Source: an uncultured Pirellulales bacterium (GTDB taxonomy: Bacteria > Planctomycetota > Phycisphaerae > Sedimentisphaerales > Anaerohalosphaeraceae). From it: a stretch of DNA of 64,000 nucleotides. Below are positions 56,194 to 64,000 of this stretch, piece by piece (position 1 is the stretch's first letter; every line of letters begins with the position of its first letter). The stretch covers positions 9,946 to 73,945 of the forward strand of contig CAZLWL010000001.1 in the NCBI GenBank assembly GCA_964563335.1, written 5' to 3'. Both the position numbers and the translations under genes were made by a program. The notes under the pieces were generated by a model. The model worked only from the letters and a program-made list of their open reading frames with translations, was not told the DNA's origin and did not search any database.

Positions 56194-57999
56194 TTACCTG
56201 TGCCGTGTGATGTCCTTTAGGCGCTGGTCGAAGCCGGGCATATCCCATTGAGCAAAATTGCCGGCCAGTTGTCTTTCCTGCACTTCCGGGTCCAACACAG
56301 GCCGCTGGGCTTCGACGAGATGCAGCGGGCTAATGTCAAAAAGAATCAGCGCCGATGATATATCCTGCCATGGAAGGTTAAACTCCTTTTTTTTGCCAAG
56401 GCATCTGGTCGCAAGTGCCCGGAACAGTTCATTCTTCGTATAATCGCCTTTGCCATAAAAAACGAGGTAGCGAATCGGCCAGTCTTCGGGCACACACCCC
56501 TGCAACACTCTCAAAAAGTCGGGGCCGGGCAGCGTATTATTCGGCCAGCCACTCACGCGAGGCCCATCCTGTGGAACGCCGATAACAGAAACCGCGGGAA
56601 GGGACGAGCCAAAAGTCGCGTACCATGTGGGACGCCGGGTAAAATAGCTGAAATGAGGCCCAACCTTAAAATCCCTGTTGAATAAAAACCCCGCCTTTTG
56701 AGGAAGGCCGTTTGGGCCGATTGCTTTTAACAGAGTCTTGTCCGTGAAGCGACTTCTTTCCTTAAACTTTGGCTTTATTATGTACAACTGGTTAAGGACA
56801 AGCGCTAACAAGACCGCACCCGCTAAAACCCGTCCCCAAACGGCTGTGTCTTTTTTCAGCAGAACCGTCAAGATTATTGATGCCGCGGAGCCTATAACCA
56901 CGACGACCAGCGGCAAAAGTTGATTCATTATGTGCGGGTGCCTTACTGTGTGTGACGGCATAATCAAATACCAGGCCGCCGGAGACACCAAAACGGCCAG
57001 AAGTAACGCACCTATATAACGCGACATCTTCGGGCAAATCTTCTGTCGCAGGGCAAATATGACGACGGCCAACGCTGAAATAGCGGGCCACGAAAAATAA
57101 AAGTACGTCGAGCTGCGTTCCAACACGGTCTTAGGCACTTTCCTCATAACGTCAAGTCGCTGGACTAAGCCGCCGACATCGCGCTTGGTGAAGCCAAGAT
57201 TGTCCGCCACCGCAGCGGACAACCCAACAGCCCAGCAGTTTTGCAAAAAGTGCAGGCCGACCCCCACCAGAGGGGCCGTACCCAACAGCACCAGCAGCCG
57301 CCAGCGCCGGCGAATCTGACCCGTCGCCAGGACATAAATCAATGCAAATACCTGCGGATAAAGAATAAATTCAAAACTTGTCAGTGAGCTGAAAAACAGT
57401 ATAAGCCAGCAGCCGAGCCATGTCCCTTTCATCCCACCTTCACCATGAATTCCCCTAAAGAAAAGCAGGAAAAACATCCCCAGGAAAAACATGTTATAGG
57501 CATGTGTATGAAGGCTTATTGCAAACCTGAAAAAAAACAATGTAGTCGCCAAAAAAGCCAGACCGCATACGGCGCCGAAAGGCCCTGTCACACGCCCAAG
57601 ACCGCGGTACATACAAACCGAACCTATAATGAAAAACGTACCGCAGAAAATCCGCATCCATACCAAACTGTGAACGCCGGCTTTTTGCAGCAATCCGTTA
57701 ATAATGTTGGGCAAGGGAGGATAGTGAAGATAATACCACGGGCTGTCACTTAACGGGCCGACGTGCTGGACCGGCAGAAAATGCAACCGCATGAAACCAT
57801 ATTTGACAAAGTTCTCACCGGACATAAGGACGTTTACGTTGCTTGCGCTGTCCGCCGGCCATAATGTATCGGTCGTGCTCATCACGCATATCGCAATAAA
57901 CATAACGCCGACAACCACAGCCATTCCTGCGTTGCAACGATACCGGAGTTTGTGCTCTTGGGCCGGGAGGCAATCGTTTTGATCAGCAAAATCCCGCAT
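56194..57999 (-). CDS. large polytopic membrane protein, GT-C-like (ArnT/PMT-type) candidate
   Basis: 601 aa. About 12 TM segments are followed by a soluble C-terminal region of about 170 aa. The role is inferred only from topology and neighbouring genes. Confidence 0.35.
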   Translation of the reverse strand: MRDFADQNDCLPAQEHKLRYRCNAGMAVVVGVMFIAICVMSTTDTLWPADSASNVNVLMSGENFVKYGFMRLHFLPVQHVGPLSDSPWYYLHYPPLPNIINGLLQKAGVHSLVWMRIFCGTFFIIGSVCMYRGLGRVTGPFGAVCGLAFLATTLFFFRFAISLHTHAYNMFFLGMFFLLFFRGIHGEGGMKGTWLGCWLILFFSSLTSFEFILYPQVFALIYVLATGQIRRRWRLLVLLGTAPLVGVGLHFLQNCWAVGLSAAVADNLGFTKRDVGGLVQRLDVMRKVPKTVLERSSTYFYFSWPAISALAVVIFALRQKICPKMSRYIGALLLAVLVSPAAWYLIMPSHTVRHPHIMNQLLPLVVVVIGSAASIILTVLLKKDTAVWGRVLAGAVLLALVLNQLYIIKPKFKERSRFTDKTLLKAIGPNGLPQKAGFLFNRDFKVGPHFSYFTRRPTWYATFGSSLPAVSVIGVPQDGPRVSGWPNNTLPGPDFLRVLQGCVPEDWPIRYLVFYGKGDYTKNELFRALATRCLGKKKEFNLPWQDISSALILFDISPLHLVEAQRPVLDPEVQERQLAGNFAQWDMPGFDQRLKDITRHR

Positions 58000-58021
58000 T
58001 ACCTTTCCTTTTTAACATCGA

Positions 58022-58939
58022 TCAACTCCACGCTTCGCGCATTAATCGAGCCGTTACGAGCATCTCTCCGCAGCGATACCCAATAGGCCTGCACCGCAAA
58101 CAGTGCGGCAGAAGGCGCCCTGCAAATGAGACTATCGGCGTCAGGAGCCAATGCCGATACGTTTGCAATTGTCTCCTAACGTAGTCGTATGTCAGGTACT
58201 TGCGGTGTCCGGAAACCGCCGTATCTGAGAACCCCGATTCACGCAACGAACCTTCCACACCACAGCGCGAAAAATACTGTATATGCTCCTGCTTGAAATG
58301 CAGCCAATGCGAGCCCATCAACACCCTCGACAGCGTATCGATGCGTGGTGTCGTTATACACAAAACGCCGCCGGTCCGCAGCAAATCGGCCGACTTGCGC
58401 AGCGTTGCCGGAACATCCAAAACATGTTCAATTACATCCGTCATCGTGATTACATCAAAGAATTTCCCACTAAAGCCGCACCGGGTTAGTTCACCTTCAA
58501 AAACCCGGTCCGCTCCGTATCGCTTTTGCAGAATCTCGGCCGAGTAATGGTTCACCTCCGTTGCATATACTTCCCAGCCAAGTTCCTGAGCCGTTCTCAG
58601 GAGCATTCCCGTGGCGGCACCTACGTCCAACAGACACGTTTTGCCCGCATTGCCAGTGTCCCCGGTAGCCAACAATTCTTTAACACGACGTAACAGGGGC
58701 CCAAACGTAGCCCTTTTCGATATCCAGGCCGCATCTTCATCTTCATCCAGTCCCCATGAGTCGTAATAATCTTTGTCATATATTCTCGCCAGGTCCTGCG
58801 CTGTCGGCCGAGGCACGCGATACCACGAACCACACGCCCCGCACATCGCCACCGGTCCTGCCCGCACAACACGACGGCTCCTGGCTGCCGCGCCACCGCA
58901 TACCGGACATAGGTCAGAGATTGGCCGATCGTTTTCCAT
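58022..58939 (-). CDS. class I SAM-dependent methyltransferase with an N-terminal zinc ribbon
   Basis: 305 aa, with CPVCGG...CGACGSWY and SAM motif I LLDVGAATGMLL. Confidence 0.75.
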   Translation of the reverse strand: MENDRPISDLCPVCGGAAARSRRVVRAGPVAMCGACGSWYRVPRPTAQDLARIYDKDYYDSWGLDEDEDAAWISKRATFGPLLRRVKELLATGDTGNAGKTCLLDVGAATGMLLRTAQELGWEVYATEVNHYSAEILQKRYGADRVFEGELTRCGFSGKFFDVITMTDVIEHVLDVPATLRKSADLLRTGGVLCITTPRIDTLSRVLMGSHWLHFKQEHIQYFSRCGVEGSLRESGFSDTAVSGHRKYLTYDYVRRQLQTYRHWLLTPIVSFAGRLLPHCLRCRPIGYRCGEMLVTARLMREAWS

Positions 58940-58953
58940 AGCTCGCTTCAGCT

Positions 58954-60249
58954 CTAATCAGCTTGGTGTTTATTATCCCCCTCCGCCAGCATCGCTTCAA
59001 CTGCATCCAGAACAATTGGTGGTTCAATGGCCTGCATACACCACGCCTCGTGCTTACACCACATACCCTCGAACGTGGTAAACATGCACACGCACGGACT
59101 GCAATGATAATCTTTGAAGATGCACCGGATATTATCTCTGCGAGGGCAGTAAAAGCCCGGCCGACTCGGCCCCCACACCGAAACTATCGGCACATCGTGC
59201 GCCGCCGCCAGGTGAAGCGGCCCCGAATCACCGGTAACAAAGCCCGCAAACAGAGACAGGCCCGCCACAAACTCCATCAGCGACAAGGACCCTGCCGCGA
59301 CTATTATCCGCCCGCGGTGTTTTTCATCAACCAAAGCGCCGAGTGACTCAACGTACTGCTTTTCGTCCGGCGAACCGGTCGCAACGACGTATATCTCGTC
59401 ATGTCGCCAAAGAAGGGCCGATATCAAAGTGCCCCATTTCTCTTTCGGCCACCGCCGCTCCAGGCTCAATTGGCCAGAGTTCACGTTCACTCCCAAAAGA
59501 ACCTTGCCTTCCGACCAGCCGTGTCTGCTCAGGAATTGGCGCACCGATTCGGCCTCCGCCTCGGTCGGCTCGATCCGGCTGAGGCTGCGATCGCTTACCG
59601 TTACATCCAACTGTCGCCCGGCCTCCTCATATACATCCGCAATGTGACGAAAGTAATTAAAATATATCGGGTGCGTTACAAGGCTGTACCGCCAGAAATC
59701 ATTAAGATGAAACCCAACCCGGATGGCCGCCCTGCTGAGAAAGCTCAGCAGCGTTGAGAACTTGCTGAAAAACTCCAAATCTATTACCGCCTCAACCCGC
59801 TGACACCTCAGCCACACTATCGTCCGTAACACGTCGAATACGAAGTGCAGCGGCGAGTCGGTCCGAATTACCCGTAACTCGTCACAAACATTCAATCGAC
59901 TTATTATAAGCTCATTCGAGCCGAATGTGACAAATATCAAACGTGCCTGCCGATACCGCCCGCGTATGGCCCGCAAGAGCGGTGTCGCCTCCATTATACT
60001 GCCTAACCCGAAGAACTTGAAAACCGCCAAAGGGCGCTGCCCTGTAATTGCCCGCTTGCGCCGGCCTAAAACTTTTCGCCCAAGCGTGGCAAATATTCCC
60101 AGCGTAAAGCACGCAGGCATGCCAACCCAGTGGTCCACCCATCGCATCTTACTCAGCTTCATATCATGGTCCTTCGTCTGCACATAAGAGTATGCACCGC
60201 TAAATTTCTGATTATCTCCTCTTGATGTCTTCTCGCGCGAATTTGACAC
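58954..60249 (-). CDS. family-9 glycosyltransferase (heptosyltransferase-like)
   Basis: It has VFKFFGLGSIMEATPLLRAI at the N-terminus and FVTGDSGPLHLAAAHDVPIVSVWGPS at the C-terminus. The true start may be an internal Met around 60165. Confidence 0.7.
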   Translation of the reverse strand: MSNSREKTSRGDNQKFSGAYSYVQTKDHDMKLSKMRWVDHWVGMPACFTLGIFATLGRKVLGRRKRAITGQRPLAVFKFFGLGSIMEATPLLRAIRGRYRQARLIFVTFGSNELIISRLNVCDELRVIRTDSPLHFVFDVLRTIVWLRCQRVEAVIDLEFFSKFSTLLSFLSRAAIRVGFHLNDFWRYSLVTHPIYFNYFRHIADVYEEAGRQLDVTVSDRSLSRIEPTEAEAESVRQFLSRHGWSEGKVLLGVNVNSGQLSLERRWPKEKWGTLISALLWRHDEIYVVATGSPDEKQYVESLGALVDEKHRGRIIVAAGSLSLMEFVAGLSLFAGFVTGDSGPLHLAAAHDVPIVSVWGPSRPGFYCPRRDNIRCIFKDYHCSPCVCMFTTFEGMWCKHEAWCMQAIEPPIVLDAVEAMLAEGDNKHQAD

Positions 60250-60443
60250 TTTGGGCTTTTTCCTATAGTCCTTATACTCGATAGTTTTGTAGTATGACAG
60301 TTCATTATATCAGCAACGCAGCCCCTATACAAGCATGGTTTTGCCATATCAAGGCTGCCGAAAGAGGTCTCAGTCGCAAAAAAAGGTGGCTGAAATATTC
60401 TATGCTCCCACCTTTCGCTTTACGTCTTGCGCTTCAAAGCCTA

Positions 60444-60463
60444 TAGTTATGTAAGTTGGTACT
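60444..60463. repeat. 20-bp direct repeat, copy 1 (tagttatgtaagttggtact)
   Basis: It is identical to 62192-62211. The match extends to 23 bp with one mismatch (60441-60463 vs 62189-62211). Confidence 0.85.
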
Positions 60464-60584
60464 ATATTCTTGCTAACACAGAAGTTGGAATTATGGGACA
60501 GTGAGATATAAGCGAATGAAGTGAAATGGGCGGAAAATGGTAAACTCCTGATATTTCACTAGGCCTTATCAATGGGCATCTGCG

Positions 60585-62057
60585 ATGAGAGTACTCTTTA
60601 TCTATGGTGGTGCAGAAAACCTTGGAATTGAATACATGTCAAGTTTTCTGCAGTCAAAAAGACATCAAGTAGAACTGTTGTTTGATCCGGCAGCTTTTTC
60701 AGGTGACATTCTGTTCAATAACCGGTTTTTGGCAAGTATTTTCAGTGTGGACAAGACTATTGTCAAAAAAGCCGTAGATATGAAGCCGGACCTCATCGGT
60801 TTCTCAGCCTATACGGGAAATTATCGCTGGTGTCTGAGGATCGCCCGAGGCATCAAAGAACACTCCGATGTTCCGATAGTGTTTGGCGGTGTTCATACAA
60901 CGGCTGTGCCGCAACGAGTACTGCAGAATGGCTTTATTGACTATGCAATAGTCGGCGAAGGTGAATACGCTCTGCTGGATTTGATGGAAAACCTTCATAA
61001 GGGGCCTGAAGGTTTGGTAAACATTCCAAATCTCTGCTTCAATTATAAAGGCAGTGCACATATAAACAGTCCGAGACCGTATATTACAGACCTCAACGTG
61101 CTGCCTTTTCCTGACAAGGCGATCTTTTATGACAAAGTCCCATTGCTGGAAGACAATTATCTCATTACGACTTCTCGTGGATGTTCGTACAATTGCACAT
61201 ATTGCAGCAACAATATGTATCATAGCCTGTACGACAACGAAAAAAAACATATTAGAAGGCGTTCTCCCGACAACGTGATTGAAGAACTCAAGGGTGTGAA
61301 GAAACGCGCAAGAGCAAAGCTGATCAATTTTGGGGATGATGTTTTTACTTCTTCGAAATCGTGGCTGGAAGAATTCATAGAAAAATACAGCGCTGCTATT
61401 GATATGCCGTTCTTTTGCTCCGTGCACCACTTAACGATCAATAGAGATATTGCGCATCTCCTGAAGCAAGGTCACTGCTGGCTCGTTACAATGGGCGTAC
61501 AATCCGGTTCAGAAAGGATAAGATCGGAAATATTCAACCGAAAAGGCAGCAATCAGCAGATTATTGATGCCGTTGCGTCCATCAAGGAGATGGGAATAAA
61601 GATATCCGTTGATAATATATTTGGGGCGCCGACGGAGACTGAAAGCGACTTGGAACAAGGCTTGGCTTTATATAAACAAATTAAGGCCGACCGCATATTG
61701 ACCTTCTGGTTGACCTATTATCCAAGAACAAGAATCATTGATACAGCATGTCAACAGGGCATGTTGGAAAAAAATGACGTTCAAAGAATAGAAGAAGGTT
61801 ACTCTGGGTTTACACATGGGGGAGGGTCTGTGGACAGTAATCAGAAGTCGATGTATTTGAAGTATCAATTGTTATTTCACTTGCGAAGTCTTATTCACAA
61901 TGAGAAGTTATATTCTGCATTATCAAAATTTGTAGTACATCTTCCTTGCAAAGGGCTCCTTGCCATGTTCCTGGTGTTCCTGAATGCAGTTAAGAACAAG
62001 GACGTCAAATTCTTCTTCTTCATCAGGTATTACTTCTGTGCAAAAAATACTCCATGA
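60585..62057 (+). CDS. B12-binding-domain radical SAM protein
   Basis: 490 aa. It has an N-terminal cobalamin-binding-like domain (VLFIYGGAE...IGFSAYTGN...PIVFGGVH) followed by the TTSRGCSYNCTYCSN CxxxCxxC cluster. Confidence 0.8.
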   Translation: MRVLFIYGGAENLGIEYMSSFLQSKRHQVELLFDPAAFSGDILFNNRFLASIFSVDKTIVKKAVDMKPDLIGFSAYTGNYRWCLRIARGIKEHSDVPIVFGGVHTTAVPQRVLQNGFIDYAIVGEGEYALLDLMENLHKGPEGLVNIPNLCFNYKGSAHINSPRPYITDLNVLPFPDKAIFYDKVPLLEDNYLITTSRGCSYNCTYCSNNMYHSLYDNEKKHIRRRSPDNVIEELKGVKKRARAKLINFGDDVFTSSKSWLEEFIEKYSAAIDMPFFCSVHHLTINRDIAHLLKQGHCWLVTMGVQSGSERIRSEIFNRKGSNQQIIDAVASIKEMGIKISVDNIFGAPTETESDLEQGLALYKQIKADRILTFWLTYYPRTRIIDTACQQGMLEKNDVQRIEEGYSGFTHGGGSVDSNQKSMYLKYQLLFHLRSLIHNEKLYSALSKFVVHLPCKGLLAMFLVFLNAVKNKDVKFFFFIRYYFCAKNTP

Positions 62058-62191
62058 TTTGAATTTTAGTCAAGACAAAACTGACTTATTAGATATAACA
62101 GGTATGCCATTCAGGAAAATAACCATATCGATGGAGGTTTCATTACGATTGCTGTATTTGAGTTGCCGAACAACAGTAAATCGGTTAACTG

Positions 62192-62211
62192 TAGTTATGT
62201 AAGTTGGTACT
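62192..62211. repeat. 20-bp direct repeat, copy 2
   Basis: It is identical to 60444-60463. Confidence 0.85.
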
Positions 62212-62440
62212 GAAAATAGGATTGAAAATGTACCTCTTTCACATAGGCATCTGGAGGTTGAGCAAAGTATTATGGCGAAGCAGAGATTGAAGAAGCTTTT
62301 AGCTGCTGCGGGGGTTGCCTCACGGCAGCGCTCTTGCGCTTCGCTAACACTGCACCTCCATCAGGTTGTGTGGAGGACTTGACTTCGGCTGAACTCAGTC
62401 GTAGCCTCACCTCCAAGTTGCCAAACATGCTCGGCACACC

Positions 62441-62475
62441 AAAAAATGGCTGATAACCTTTTAAGGTTATCAGCC
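62441..62475 (-). terminator. intrinsic terminator of the minus-strand PilZ gene
   Basis: A perfect 13-bp inverted repeat, ggctgataacctt/aaggttatcagcc (62448-62475), is followed on the minus strand by a T6 run (62441-46). It lies about 60 nt downstream of the PilZ stop codon. Confidence 0.65.
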
Positions 62476-62536
62476 TATATGTGATAAGCCCACTCCACAA
62501 GGGCGTAGGATCTTTTCCGCTTGCTCTTACAGGGCT

Positions 62537-62896
62537 CTACTGTGCAAACTGCACCGCCATCCCGATGCCCCCGCCTCTGAGCATCTTCTGACGCTCAACC
62601 CGCAGCACCTTACCAGACTTTATCCGTGCGTACTGGCCTTTCTCCTTCGCTAATGTAGTCGTACGCGGAAAGTTAATCTCCACCTCATGCCCGGGCCTGA
62701 TAGGTATTATCATTGGCATTGAGAGAAACGCGCCACCCTTGCTGACATTTATGCTTCTGCCGTTGAAGAATCTGTTGGCCTCCGGCACCCACACACTTAC
62801 CGGCCAGGCCAACTCCGAACGGGCTTCCTTACGCTGCTCAACCGCCACTGTCTCCATGTTTCCATTCTCCGTTAATTTAGTGAATCTTATGGCCAT
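62537..62896 (-). CDS. stand-alone PilZ-domain protein
   Basis: 119 aa, with RKEAR (RxxxR) and NVSKGG (NxSxxG) motifs. Confidence 0.75.
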   Translation of the reverse strand: MAIRFTKLTENGNMETVAVEQRKEARSELAWPVSVWVPEANRFFNGRSINVSKGGAFLSMPMIIPIRPGHEVEINFPRTTTLAKEKGQYARIKSGKVLRVERQKMLRGGGIGMAVQFAQ

Positions 62897-63262
62897 GAGA
62901 ACAGTATCGGCAATGTTAAGCTGGGGAGATTAGTATAAATGGACAATCTTGGCGGCTTTTTCGCAAAAATTTTCCCCCTACTCTCATCCTTGCCTGTTTT
63001 CACATATCTTATCGGGCAAACTACCGAGAACTCACCCCGAATGTTAAAGTGGGCGATTATCAGTCCAATCGAATTGCCTACGTGGGTTAACAGAGCCGGG
63101 AGCGTCAGCGACCGGGTAAGAATCATAGAAGCTGCGAAACCTGAGCCTCCAGATTAGTTCTAGCGGTTAACATCGAGCGCAGCGAAAGCCCGGCCTCGGC
63201 AGATACCCGACCCTGCGGGAATTCTCTGTCAAACTCAATGGCAAGCTCTATAATAATCCATT

Positions 63263-64000
63263 ATGGAACGGGCAATTTTCAGGATAATCGACGCCAATTT
63301 TAATCGGGCCCGCGAAGCAGCCCGGCTGATGGAGGAGTATTGCAGGTTCGCCCTGAATTCCAGCGAGCTGGTCACAAGGGCCAAAAAACTCCGCCACCAG
63401 ATCTGCGATGCCGTCGGAAGGCTCGATGCGAACATGCTCATTGCCGGCCGAGACGTCCACACCGATGTGGGCCGCGGAATGACAGTCGAGGGCCAGCTCA
63501 GCCGGCTGAATCTACGGGATTGCTTCACAGCAGCAGCCAAACGCCTCACTGAAGCACTGCGAGTCCTCGCCGAGACAACACAAACCCTCGAACCAACCGT
63601 CGCACAGGTATTTGAGCAACTGCGCTTTGATGCATACAGCCTCGAAAAGGACACCCTCATTCAAAGCAGCGCCGCCGAAAAGTTTGACTCTGTCAGGCTT
63701 TACGTGATTCTTAATGCCGCCGATGATAGCAGTGATTCGTCAATACTTGACTTGGCAAAAGCCTGCACAGCAGGCGGCGCCGACTGCATTCAGCTTCGGG
63801 CCAAAGGCATAAGCGACAGACGCACCTTTGAACTTGCCGGCCAAGTCATTAAGGTATGCAAAGACGCAGGCGTGATATGCATCATAAATGACAGGGTCGA
63901 TATTGCCACGGCCGCGGGCGCAGATGGAGTGCATCTTGGCCAGGACGATTTGCCACTCGGCCGGGGGCGAAGAATGCAACTTACGCCGATGGTTTTCGGC
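63263..64000 (+). CDS. thiE: thiamine-phosphate synthase with an N-terminal extension of about 145 aa (3' end outside the window; not in the supplied ORF track)
   Basis: My own translation from the ATG at 63263 is MERAIFRIIDANFNRAREAARL...RLYVILNA...GGADCIQLRAKG...IINDRVDIATAAGADGVHLGQDDLP. The frame stays open to the window end. Confidence 0.8.
   Translation, partial: MERAIFRIIDANFNRAREAARLMEEYCRFALNSSELVTRAKKLRHQICDAVGRLDANMLIAGRDVHTDVGRGMTVEGQLSRLNLRDCFTAAAKRLTEALRVLAETTQTLEPTVAQVFEQLRFDAYSLEKDTLIQSSAAEKFDSVRLYVILNAADDSSDSSILDLAKACTAGGADCIQLRAKGISDRRTFELAGQVIKVCKDAGVICIINDRVDIATAAGADGVHLGQDDLPLGRGRRMQLTPMVFG

Noticed and set aside
60294-60446. A 50-codon plus-strand ORF and other tiny ORFs around the radical SAM gene as possible RiPP precursor peptides.
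   Set aside because: There is no SD and no leader/core-like organisation or Cys/Ser/Thr-rich core. The 50-codon ORF is antisense-adjacent to the GT9 5' region and ends inside the direct repeat. It is not supportable from sequence alone.
63100-63262. A TPP riboswitch upstream of thiE.
   Set aside because: The stretch aacctgagcctccagattagttctagcgg vaguely resembles the ACCUGAUCUGGAUAAUGCCAGCG core. However, the pairing segments do not match and I could not find the conserved CUGAGA element. An Rfam cmscan (RF00059) would settle it.

Overview
This is a gene-dense bacterial chromosomal window. The gene content includes stand-alone PilZ receptors, a serpin, secreted beta-helix proteins with a dockerin-like N-terminal motif, kdsB-pyrG linkage and a GxxExxY protein. 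That mix makes me guess a PVC-type genome (Planctomycetota/Phycisphaerae-like), but the taxon call is low confidence. The left half (1-30.8 kb) is essentially one long plus-strand polysaccharide (O-antigen/EPS) biosynthesis island. It starts with GDP-fucose genes (gmd, fcl), a WbpB/WbpE-like oxidoreductase/aminotransferase pair and wecB. It continues with a Wzx flippase, a candidate polymerase, and one GT2, one STELLO-like and three GT4 glycosyltransferases. It then carries an unusually rich set of decoration genes: pyruvyl-, methyl- and sulfotransferases, a deacetylase, a PP-loop enzyme and an HprK-like P-loop protein. There is also a thiolase + 3-hydroxyacyl-CoA dehydrogenase + GNAT + second aminotransferase block, and a FemAB-like + ATP-grasp pair. 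The island ends at a convergent secreted beta-helix protein and a 592-bp decayed IS1182-like element with intact inverted repeats. The right half is mostly housekeeping: aroDE, pyrG, kdsB, a cca-family gene, rsmD, ddl, bioB, ftsK and thiE. Accessory items are interspersed there:
- a PilZ gene next to a sigma-54 two-component pair
- a secreted S1 protease with an in-frame TGA in its signal peptide
- a HepT/MntA toxin-antitoxin pair
- a frameshifted and truncated redoxin pseudogene
- an orphan E2 acyltransferase domain lacking the catalytic His
- two small cassettes (FRG-domain protein, GxxExxY protein) inserted between pyrG and kdsB, each bounded by a 31-nt (NNCTCTGTG)x3 repeat
- a serpin and a PD-(D/E)XK protein
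- a composite 'cattctgag' palindromic repeat
- a Met-rich secreted protein operon
- a B12-radical SAM gene bracketed by 20-23-bp direct repeats

I found no rRNA or tRNA genes and no CRISPR array. All functional calls rest on motifs read by eye and on remembered family signatures. No database search was run.
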